From positions 1 through 64,000 of the IMG/VR virus record IMGVR_UViG_3300005573_001593: 64,000 nt of DNA. One strand, 5' to 3'. The stretch comes from a virus (lineage: Duplodnaviria; Caudoviricetes). Both the position numbers and the translations under genes were made by a program. This document shows positions 39,229-46,884 of this stretch, piece after piece. Every line of letters begins with the position of its first letter. Within the stretch, counting starts at the first letter, position 1. Under the pieces are notes generated by a model. The model was not told the DNA's origin and did no database searches. It worked only from the letters and a program-made list of their open reading frames with translations.

Positions 39229-40626
39229 TTACGCGACGGATTCACTTGAGATAGTGGACAGGTTTGTCTCGCTCTCTTGCGCCGATTCGAGCAGCGAACG
39301 CCATGCCTTGTACGCGGTTTCGCTGACCAAGCCATGGCCGATAAGCAGACGCATCACATCATCAATAGGTGCGATAAGTGCGGTGCCATCCTTCTCTTCT
39401 GAGCCGGTATCGTGCATGATTTCACGCAGCTTCTTGGGCGCCAATTCGCCCTCTACCAGGTGCGAAACGTCCGTCGAACGGATCCACACGCCGCGTTTGC
39501 CGGCTGGCCTATTGGCGGGCTCGATGCCCATGTTGTGCAGGAAAGCGTTCATACGATCGGTCTGGGTTCGGGGTTCACGTGTGACGCCATTGCGCCGGGG
39601 TACGCGAAAGTTAAGAGCCGCCAGTTCCGGTACCTCCTGCACCAGTTCCTCAGGCAATGTGCCGTGCTGCGCGAGGTGTGCGATCGTGCGGATCAATTGT
39701 TCACGCGCATCGCGCTGACCTTCATTCAGGCGCTGTTCAGTGAGTGCCATGACGCGCTCGATCTGCTGCTGGTTGGCGGCACGGGCGCGCTCTACCTGCT
39801 CGCGCGCATCGCGCTGGGCAGCATCCGCTTGCTCATGTGCTTGTTGCTCAGCGGCGGCGATGCGGGCTTCCATCTGCTTGCGCATCGACTCAGGTGCCAG
39901 AGCTGAGACGGTTTCCACGAGTCGGTACAGCCGTTCCTGTTGCGCTTGTGGCAGGTGTTGTGTCTCGATCAGTCCTTTGATGAGCTGGCCCGCATCGGCC
40001 TTGGAGAGGTCAATGCTGTCCAGGTAGAACATCAGGTGGTGCGCAAACTTGACCGAGAGCATCTGCTCATAATCTTCCATCGTGATGGCATGGGGCGTAC
40101 GGGTCGCCAACACGATCGCTACGATGGGAATAACGACCGCACGGGCAAAGACCAGCGCCCAGGCGACGAAGTTATCGGGCCGTTCGATGACGTACACCGT
40201 GAGCACGTAGGTGGTGGACTCGATAGCGGCCAGCATAAAGACCAACGCGAGTTGCCAGCCGAAGTCGGCCAGTTCCTTACCGCGTGCCAGCCCGTGCCGC
40301 ATCAGCTCGGCCATGATGACCATGGTGAGGTCGCTGCCGATGACAAACAGCACGATCACCAGCAGACCCATGATGGCCACGGGGTCAGGCATCTGGTGCG
40401 CCAGGATGAGTGCCAGCTGCTGTTGTAACGACTGGCGTGCCAGCGCCACTAGCGCTGAGCAAGAGAACGCAAACAGCAGCAGATACGAGAGGAACCGACC
40501 CAGCGCGAACAGATGGGAGCCGCGATTACTGAGCGCGTTCAACGCATCCGCTATCGGGTCTCGCTCGCCAAAGAACGCCGTGCCCAAGCCACTGAAGATG
40601 CCCCGCCGGGGGCGTTGTGCTTCCAT
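39229..40626 (-). CDS. Multi-TM membrane protein with long cytoplasmic coiled coil
   Basis: About 4 hydrophobic segments in the N-terminal 190 aa, then an A/E/Q/R-rich coiled coil; start at 40626 after GAGG. Confidence 0.7.
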   Translation of the reverse strand: MEAQRPRRGIFSGLGTAFFGERDPIADALNALSNRGSHLFALGRFLSYLLLFAFSCSALVALARQSLQQQLALILAHQMPDPVAIMGLLVIVLFVIGSDLTMVIMAELMRHGLARGKELADFGWQLALVFMLAAIESTTYVLTVYVIERPDNFVAWALVFARAVVIPIVAIVLATRTPHAITMEDYEQMLSVKFAHHLMFYLDSIDLSKADAGQLIKGLIETQHLPQAQQERLYRLVETVSALAPESMRKQMEARIAAAEQQAHEQADAAQRDAREQVERARAANQQQIERVMALTEQRLNEGQRDAREQLIRTIAHLAQHGTLPEELVQEVPELAALNFRVPRRNGVTREPRTQTDRMNAFLHNMGIEPANRPAGKRGVWIRSTDVSHLVEGELAPKKLREIMHDTGSEEKDGTALIAPIDDVMRLLIGHGLVSETAYKAWRSLLESAQESETNLSTISSESVA

Positions 40627-40665
40627 ACCGCACCTCTCACTCTCAACCATTGGTCGCTTTGCTGA

Positions 40666-40725
40666 TACGCATTATACGCAATAATTGCTAGCTACGCAAT
40701 ATACGCCAACATGGTATACTACGCA
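40666..40725 (+). repeat. Five phased TACGC(A) direct repeats in a divergent promoter region
   Basis: At 40666, 40675, 40693, 40702 and 40720; all spacings are multiples of 9 bp. Confidence 0.65.
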
Positions 40726-40741
40726 CAGTGAGGAGGCGCAT

Positions 40742-41038
40742 ATGCCAGAACTTTCGTTGGATGAGGCCGAAGACGTTTTGGAACGTGACGGTCGTTATGC
40801 CTGGCTCTTGTCTGGTCGTCAAGCCTGGTCGGTCTATGACGTAGCGGAGCAGTACAAACAGGCGACAGGTGTCCCGGTCAGCCATGACACGGTGACGCGC
40901 TGGTTTCGCTCATTGCCGGACGGTGGCGCGGAAAACTATGGGGGCACGATCGGCTGGCGAGCTCGCCGTGACGCGCTCGTGCTGTTCTTTGCGGAGGGCA
41001 AGCATTTGCGGCGGGGAAAAGAGGATCAAGTGAGTTAG
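40742..41038 (+). CDS. Putative winged-HTH DNA-binding protein
   Basis: WSVYDVAEQYKQATGVPVSHDTVTRWF; GAGGAGG RBS. Confidence 0.55.
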   Translation: MPELSLDEAEDVLERDGRYAWLLSGRQAWSVYDVAEQYKQATGVPVSHDTVTRWFRSLPDGGAENYGGTIGWRARRDALVLFFAEGKHLRRGKEDQVS

Positions 41039-41089
41039 AACGCATGAACTAGACTGTTTTCAGTCCGGTTCGTAGTTGAGGAAACAGCG

Positions 41090-41605
41090 ATGTCAGACGT
41101 AGCGACTCAGACGCCCATCCATGATTATGTGCACTTGTCGGAGTGGAACTTCGATGGCCCGGTTACGTTCTACGACGGCAAGATTTACTTTTCTCTGCGC
41201 ATCCTTTGCGACTTCTTGGGCGTTAAGGCACAAATGCAACTGGAGCGCATCCGCAATGACGATACGCTCTCACGCTTTCTGCGTCAGGTTCCTATCAAGA
41301 CGCGCACTGGTGTCCGTGAGACGTGGAGCATTGAGCGGCGTGGCATCGGCTGGTGGATCGCCACCATGCAGCGTCGCATTGTTCGCGAGGACATCCGCGC
41401 TCATCTCATCGAGTTCCAGGAAGCATTGATAGACGAGGCGGACCGCCGGTTCTTCAGTGAGTCCGAACGCAATCCATTGGCAGCGTTGCGCGCGCAGATC
41501 ATCACATTGGAGCGCCGCTATGCCGAACAGGAGCGCTACACACGGATGCTGGAGGATCGCATTACTCGACTGGAAGAGCGCAGAGACAGCAAGACCAGTG
41601 AATAA
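41090..41605 (+). CDS. Phage antirepressor (P22 Ant N-terminal-like)
   Basis: YFSLRILCDFLGVKAQMQLERIRNDDTLS; C-terminal coiled coil. Confidence 0.7.
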   Translation: MSDVATQTPIHDYVHLSEWNFDGPVTFYDGKIYFSLRILCDFLGVKAQMQLERIRNDDTLSRFLRQVPIKTRTGVRETWSIERRGIGWWIATMQRRIVREDIRAHLIEFQEALIDEADRRFFSESERNPLAALRAQIITLERRYAEQERYTRMLEDRITRLEERRDSKTSE

Positions 41606-41614
41606 GACGTGCAA

Positions 41615-41675
41615 AAACGCTAAAACCGGCCCGGAAGTCCGCAATTCAAGCGGCTCCGGGCCGGTTTTAGCGTTT
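41615..41675. terminator. Perfect 21-bp inverted repeat, probable bidirectional terminator
   Basis: AAACGCTAAAACCGGCCCGGA / TCCGGGCCGGTTTTAGCGTTT between convergent genes. Confidence 0.75.
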
Positions 41676-41814
41676 CGCAGATGTAGACAGTATCCCGCCG
41701 CAACCGGTGATACACCAGCGTATCTACCTGCTCTTCAAGTCGTATCAGGCTCCATCCGTGAGTGCCGCACAAGGAGGTGTTCCTGCTACTGCGCCATCCA
41801 TAACGCTTGCTGGG

Positions 41815-42123
41815 TTAGGAGGTCACGTGGCGGTCCCGGGCTCTACGTAGTCCGCCTTGGCGTCCGATCCTGGCGTAGTGATCCGCACCATAGCGCTCTT
41901 TAGTTACTTTCCCACCGGCGCTGCCGATGCTCGCATAGAACGCGATTCCTCTTCCTTGGCGTACGCTTGTACCACCTTTCTTCCCGATCTGTCGGTAGAA
42001 TTCCGTTCCTAATCGGTCGCGTGCGGCGAGGCCGCCACGTCGTGCCGCTTCCGTGCCTGGTCGTGGTCCGGGCTTACGAGGCATGGGAGATGCCTGTGAC
42101 TGTTCTGAATCCTTTGCATCCAT
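41815..42123 (-). CDS. KGG-repeat general stress protein (GsiB/Em-LEA-like)
   Basis: Repeats FYRQIGKKGG, FYASIGSAGG, HYARIGRQGG. Confidence 0.8.
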   Translation of the reverse strand: MDAKDSEQSQASPMPRKPGPRPGTEAARRGGLAARDRLGTEFYRQIGKKGGTSVRQGRGIAFYASIGSAGGKVTKERYGADHYARIGRQGGLRRARDRHVTS

Positions 42124-42372
42124 CTGTGTCCCCCTAGTTTCGACGAGTGCCAAACACGTACAGCGTACCATAGCATAGCAAGCGGCCATGTTGTAGCTTC
42201 GAGATGCCAATCCGACAAGAACGAGTTCTCAAAATGATTCTGAAGCGCACAGCGATCTTACGTTTCCGGATCGCAGGCAACAAAAAAGCTGGGGCACTAT
42301 CCCGAGAGATAGTGCCCCAGTTCTTTGGTCACATGTACGCGCTATTACAGGACCATCGCATCAACTATCATG

Positions 42373-42792
42373 TCACTTTGCGTCGCCTGTTGCTGGAGGT
42401 TCCGCTACTGATTGCGCCACTGGTACAGGGACGTTTGTGCCGGTGTTCACTGTTGGAAGCGCCTGCGTTAGGGTGTTCTTTAGGCGGCTGTTGCCGATGC
42501 TGCGTCCGCTGCCGGAGATGATGGTATAGACGGTCTGACTGCCTGCCCATTGCTGCACGGTATAGAGCAGATAGGTGAACGCATTCGAGAGCGAAAGCGC
42601 GTCTCTTGTGAAGGCCAGCCAGAGCACTCCGAGCAGACAAAAGACGAACGAGAGCAACCGCAACATCGTGTCATGATTGGCACTGTGCGTCTTGAACCCC
42701 GGCACATAGCTTTCCAGTAATGGTTTCAATAGCGACAGCAATGTCGTGGCAATCAGCACGATGCTGCCCCAGTCCTGCACGCTGAATGACAC
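42373..42792 (-). CDS. Holin-like membrane protein
   Basis: 2-3 TM segments, polar C-terminal tail; end of the lysis cassette; GTG after AGGAG. Confidence 0.55.
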   Translation of the reverse strand: MSFSVQDWGSIVLIATTLLSLLKPLLESYVPGFKTHSANHDTMLRLLSFVFCLLGVLWLAFTRDALSLSNAFTYLLYTVQQWAGSQTVYTIISGSGRSIGNSRLKNTLTQALPTVNTGTNVPVPVAQSVAEPPATGDAK

Positions 42793-42802
42793 GTGAATAC
42801 TC

Positions 42803-42922
42803 CTATAGCAGCCGGTCCCATACCCACGCAATCAGCGCGTCTAAGGGCCGGTTGAAGATGGAAAGCACATTCACGATCTTGAACGCGAGCGCGAGCAAGA
42901 CCGCATCGAATGAGGCGCGCAT
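42803..42922 (-). CDS. 39-aa hydrophobic peptide (not in the ORF track)
   Basis: MRASFDAVLLALAFKIVNVLSIFNRPLDALIAWVWDRLL* fills the gap between neighbours; its stop abuts the holin RBS. Confidence 0.45.
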   Translation of the reverse strand: MRASFDAVLLALAFKIVNVLSIFNRPLDALIAWVWDRLL

Positions 42923-42925
42923 AGA

Positions 42926-43525
42926 TCACCCGCGATAGAAGAGACTCGTGACGCCATGCTCATCCATCCGGCGCTCGAAGTGGATGCCAGCGTGCTGCTC
43001 CAAGAGCGCACTGAAGACGGCGAATGTTTCGTCGCTGAGATCGAGCAAATGCTCGTTGTACCACTTCACAAATAGCGTCGCAGGAGCGGGTGACGGGTGT
43101 GGCGTCTCGACACATTCGCTCGTGCCGTCTGCATTCTGCCGGTAGGCACTACTCCAACTGGTCACGACCAGTTGGCCCGCGATAGGATTGGGGATGCCTT
43201 CCACATAGAACTTGTGCGGCCAGCCATACTTCCGGTCGGCGCGCTCCAATCGTGCGACGCCTCTTTCCAACCAATAGTACAAATCCTGCGGATGGATGGA
43301 GCCACAATAACCACAGGTGCGATAGGTCTCAAAATACGGATCAGGCCAGTCGGGATGCTCTCGCATCCGCGGCTTGCCACCGCTCGGCTCACGCCAGACG
43401 CAGGAACCAGGATACCGTTCTGCCTGCCAATTGCCATCATGGCAGGTGGGGCGTTCCGGCCAGGCCAGCGTGTCGGTGAACTGTGGAAACGCGCTGGCAT
43501 CAGGAACGGGTATGGGAATGTCCAC
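42926..43525 (-). CDS. Hypothetical phage protein
   Basis: CGYCGSIHP...WPHKFY; inside the lysis cassette. Confidence 0.6.
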   Translation of the reverse strand: MDIPIPVPDASAFPQFTDTLAWPERPTCHDGNWQAERYPGSCVWREPSGGKPRMREHPDWPDPYFETYRTCGYCGSIHPQDLYYWLERGVARLERADRKYGWPHKFYVEGIPNPIAGQLVVTSWSSAYRQNADGTSECVETPHPSPAPATLFVKWYNEHLLDLSDETFAVFSALLEQHAGIHFERRMDEHGVTSLFYRG

Positions 43526-43536
43526 TTGAAACCCTT

Positions 43537-44538
43537 CTACGCCCGATAGGCCAGGCGTGTGCCCGCGTAGATCAGATTGCCGCCACGGCAGTTGGGCTGA
43601 CCGTGCGCGCGTGCTGCCGCATCCAGTACCGCCTTGTTCGGCAGGTAGAGCTGGTGGAACCAGTTGCGCAGGTGCAGCTTGGCCGCGATACTCGACAGTG
43701 AATCGCGGTCCTGAATGACGTAGTAGCGGACGCGTCCCGGCGCGACGGTTGGGCGCGAGGTAGGCAGCTTGATCGGCGCCGCATTGGTGAGTGGCTTGCC
43801 CATCGCGCTGGCAATGGCCCGCACCAGATTGGGATTGCCTGTCGCCAGCCGGTACTCCCAGAGCCAGATGGTATTCTCGTGTCGCGCGAGCGCCTGTTTC
43901 GCCAGCGCCAGTGGGTCGTTCGGCCCGAACTCGCTCGACAGATCGAATGCCGGTTCGATGATGCCCGCGCCGAGGGACGGGAACTGCCCGTCCTGCGTGG
44001 CGAGCCAGGCATCATACTCCTGCGGCACCCAGCAGTTGACGCAGTCCTTGATGGCTTCGATCACACCGGACCAGTATTGCTGGCGCGGATCAGCCCAGGT
44101 CGTGAGCCACAACTCACCCTTGACCGGGCGCATCAACTGCTCAAACCGCTCGGCGGCCGCCACCTGCCCATCGTATTCCAGTTCCATATCGACCATCGCC
44201 ATGCCGTCACAGGCGTCCATCGCCGCCTTGATGAGGCTGACCTCGGCGTTCACCTGCGTGATGGGCCACTGGCCGTTGTGCGTGCCATAGTTGTAGACAT
44301 ACGGGATGGCCCCGCAGCCACCGCTCAGGATGGCCTTACGGATGCTGGCGATGCGGGCGTTCGGGTACCACTGCTGGCTGCCATCGCCGACCTTGAAGGC
44401 CAGCGTGTCCACGCCCATGTGGCGGGCGATCTCGGCGGCCTGCGCGAACTCCGTGTCGCTCCACCCGTGCGAGTAGACAGGACTGAGGAACAGGCCCACC
44501 TTGCCCGCGAGCTTCGTCAATGCCGCTGCTGTTGTCAT
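43537..44538 (-). CDS. Endolysin: GH25-like TIM barrel + LysM
   Basis: LAFKVGDG, IPYVYNYG, MVDMELEY; C-terminal YVIQDRDSLSSIAAKL...NLIYAGTRL LysM. Confidence 0.75.
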   Translation of the reverse strand: MTTAAALTKLAGKVGLFLSPVYSHGWSDTEFAQAAEIARHMGVDTLAFKVGDGSQQWYPNARIASIRKAILSGGCGAIPYVYNYGTHNGQWPITQVNAEVSLIKAAMDACDGMAMVDMELEYDGQVAAAERFEQLMRPVKGELWLTTWADPRQQYWSGVIEAIKDCVNCWVPQEYDAWLATQDGQFPSLGAGIIEPAFDLSSEFGPNDPLALAKQALARHENTIWLWEYRLATGNPNLVRAIASAMGKPLTNAAPIKLPTSRPTVAPGRVRYYVIQDRDSLSSIAAKLHLRNWFHQLYLPNKAVLDAAARAHGQPNCRGGNLIYAGTRLAYRA

Positions 44539-45188
44539 GCGGTTGTCTCCTGCTTTCTGGCAGCGGGCGCACGTCTGCGCCGTCGCCGCCGCTGCGCACC
44601 AGATGCACCAGATGCCGGTGGTGCCGCCGGGGTATGGGTAACGGTCGTGGGAAGTGCCACGAAGGGCTGAGTGTTCGCGCCCGCCGTGACGACTGCCGTG
44701 ACCGTCGGGGGAAGATGGAATGATTGCAAATACGCTTCGATACGGGTGAGCCGGGCGATGAACTCGTCGTCCTGGGCCGTCTGATGCTGAGCGACCTGTT
44801 CGATGTCGTGCAGGATGCGCTCAACGTTGTGGAACGTCTCCTCGGCCTGGATTTCCGCGTGACGAGCGAGCACATTCTGTCCGGTCTGGAGCGCCGGAAG
44901 CGCCCACAGCTGGATCAGGTTCGACAGGAACAGGCAGAACACAAACGGATAGGGGTCGTGGCTGAACGGCGGCACGCCTAGCGTCGCCAGCAACATCCAG
45001 CCGATCTGCCAACCCATCAGGACATAGAGCGCGGTCACCGTACCAAAATACCGAGTGATAAGCACCGCCAGCCGCTGGTTGAATCCGGCGACACGGCTTG
45101 TGGCGGCTTTCTCGTCTCGCTCCGCCTGATGGATGGCGTTGGCGCTCTGTGGCTGGTGCGGATGCCGGATGTGCGCATACAGGCTCAT
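44535..45188 (-). CDS. DUF1003-family membrane protein
   Basis: RLAVLITRYFGT...DPYPFVFCLFLSNLIQLWALPAL..GQN. Confidence 0.8.
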   Translation of the reverse strand: MSLYAHIRHPHQPQSANAIHQAERDEKAATSRVAGFNQRLAVLITRYFGTVTALYVLMGWQIGWMLLATLGVPPFSHDPYPFVFCLFLSNLIQLWALPALQTGQNVLARHAEIQAEETFHNVERILHDIEQVAQHQTAQDDEFIARLTRIEAYLQSFHLPPTVTAVVTAGANTQPFVALPTTVTHTPAAPPASGASGAQRRRRRRRAPAARKQETTA

Positions 45189-45320
45189 GGGTCTGTCGCT
45201 TTCTGTGGACGAGTAGACGACAATGCCCGCATGGAAACCGCGCCCCGTCACAGTTGCTTACCAGCGAGGAGGAGTTGCCGCCGGTGAGCGCGGGCCGATT
45301 ATGTCGTCAGGGAAGGAGCG

Positions 45321-45944
45321 TCAGGCTGCGGAACGCTTTGCGCGCGACGTATTGCCTCGCGGCGTCTTGGACGCAGGTGTCACCGTTGCTGCTGGAGCCG
45401 TTTTGGCCACTGGTGGGAACGCATCGGCTGAGACATCGTCGGCGGGCGTCGAGTCTTGAGGCTGGTAGACCATGTCGTGCAGTTTGACGAAGCCCCAGAT
45501 GCGATGCCAGTGGTCGAGATAGGCGCGCGCGTAGTCGGCATCATAGACGAAGGTCAGCGTGTTTGACTGCGCGCTCGCGGACAGAGAATAGTTCCAGCTG
45601 CCCGACTCGACGGCAGAGTCATCCACGATTGTGGCCTTCGTGTGCAAGATTTGGTGGTGAACGGGCGACGTACCGATCAGAAGCGGCACACCGGCATCCA
45701 CCAGTTTCTGCACTTCCTGCGACTCCGCGCGTCCCTCCGCCTGCGAATGATCGAGGATGATGTTTACCCGTACGCCATCTCGATGCTTGGCAATGAGCAA
45801 CTCGGTCAGGGCAGGCAGATGGAAACCGTAGATTAGGATGTACAGCGATCGTTTGGCGCTGCTCACGAACGTGAGGTATTCCTGGGCTGTGGCATCGAAC
45901 GGCGCGAATAGTGTGCGAACAGCAACGTGAGCTTCAGCTGGCAT
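45321..45944 (-). CDS. Single-HKD phospholipase D/nuclease-family protein
   Basis: LHTKATIVD...SGSWNYS (HxKx4D-x6-GSxN). Confidence 0.85.
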   Translation of the reverse strand: MPAEAHVAVRTLFAPFDATAQEYLTFVSSAKRSLYILIYGFHLPALTELLIAKHRDGVRVNIILDHSQAEGRAESQEVQKLVDAGVPLLIGTSPVHHQILHTKATIVDDSAVESGSWNYSLSASAQSNTLTFVYDADYARAYLDHWHRIWGFVKLHDMVYQPQDSTPADDVSADAFPPVAKTAPAATVTPASKTPRGNTSRAKRSAA

Positions 45945-45955
45945 AGGACACTCCG

Positions 45956-46570
45956 TCAGGCGACGAGGGCACACATGAGACTATTTGGGGTGACGATTTC
46001 AGGGTCAGGAAACAGATCGGCTGCATGTGGGTAGTCGGCGTGCAGCAGGAAGTCCGCGGCCAGATGCGAGCAATCGAAGGCGTGTGGATCCACCAGGAAC
46101 AACCCGTGCTTGGGAAAGACCCGCGCCATGACGTCATCGCCGATATCCGGCCAGCCGTAAGCATGTCCCTTCTGGCGACTGAGCCATTCCAACCCGTCAG
46201 CCAGTGCTCGTGACGCCAAGACGCGCGACGTGGGCAACAGCACATATCCCGGCTTGGTGGAGTGAGCGTCGATGCCTGTGGTGAGTGCGCCAATGGCCTC
46301 GGTGGGGGAGACGGCGATCTCCACATGCACGTATGGCCCGCGCGTCCACCACTGGATGAGTCGGGAGGCGAGCGAGCCGTGCCCGACGTAGAACAACAGG
46401 TCTCCAGCCTGTGGCATGCCTCCATGCGAGATAGGCGCCAGCTTGACCGGTACTGTCGTGGGAGTTTCCACAATAGCATGGGTCATCGTGACAGTGCCGC
46501 CCGCATTGACTGAGGACAGGAGCCCGCCCGTAATGAATACCTGTGGGGCATCGGATAGCGTCGTGCTCAT
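45956..46570 (-). CDS. Permuted NlpC/P60 (YiiX/YaeF-like) amidase/hydrolase
   Basis: PQAGDLLF...YVHVEI (His) before FDCSHL (Cys): permuted catalytic order. Confidence 0.7.
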   Translation of the reverse strand: MSTTLSDAPQVFITGGLLSSVNAGGTVTMTHAIVETPTTVPVKLAPISHGGMPQAGDLLFYVGHGSLASRLIQWWTRGPYVHVEIAVSPTEAIGALTTGIDAHSTKPGYVLLPTSRVLASRALADGLEWLSRQKGHAYGWPDIGDDVMARVFPKHGLFLVDPHAFDCSHLAADFLLHADYPHAADLFPDPEIVTPNSLMCALVA

Positions 46571-46875
46571 AGCGTCACCTCCCAATAGACCGGACCAAAG
46601 TAGCGTGTAGCGCCGCTGGGGAAGGTGACGACGACGTAGAGCCGGTAGACGCCAGCGTTCAGCGTCTCGCCCGCGCCCCAGGTGTACGTGACCTGACCGG
46701 TCGTCGTATTGATGGTGCTAAAGGTGCCTGTACCAGCGACCTGCGTACGTGTGCGCGCGTTGACGATCAGCAGTGACGGCGTGCCATTGGTGAGCGGTGG
46801 CACAGCGCCGGTAGTGTCGAGCAAGGTGACCTGCAACGGCTGTGTCTGTCCGGCAGGCCAGGGAGAGATTGCCAT
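46567..46875 (-). CDS. BppU N-terminal-like (baseplate adaptor) protein
   Basis: LQVTLLD...GQVTYTW...GVYRLYVVVTFPSG. Confidence 0.6.
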   Translation of the reverse strand: MAISPWPAGQTQPLQVTLLDTTGAVPPLTNGTPSLLIVNARTRTQVAGTGTFSTINTTTGQVTYTWGAGETLNAGVYRLYVVVTFPSGATRYFGPVYWEVTL

Positions 46876-46884
46876 CGCGTGTTC

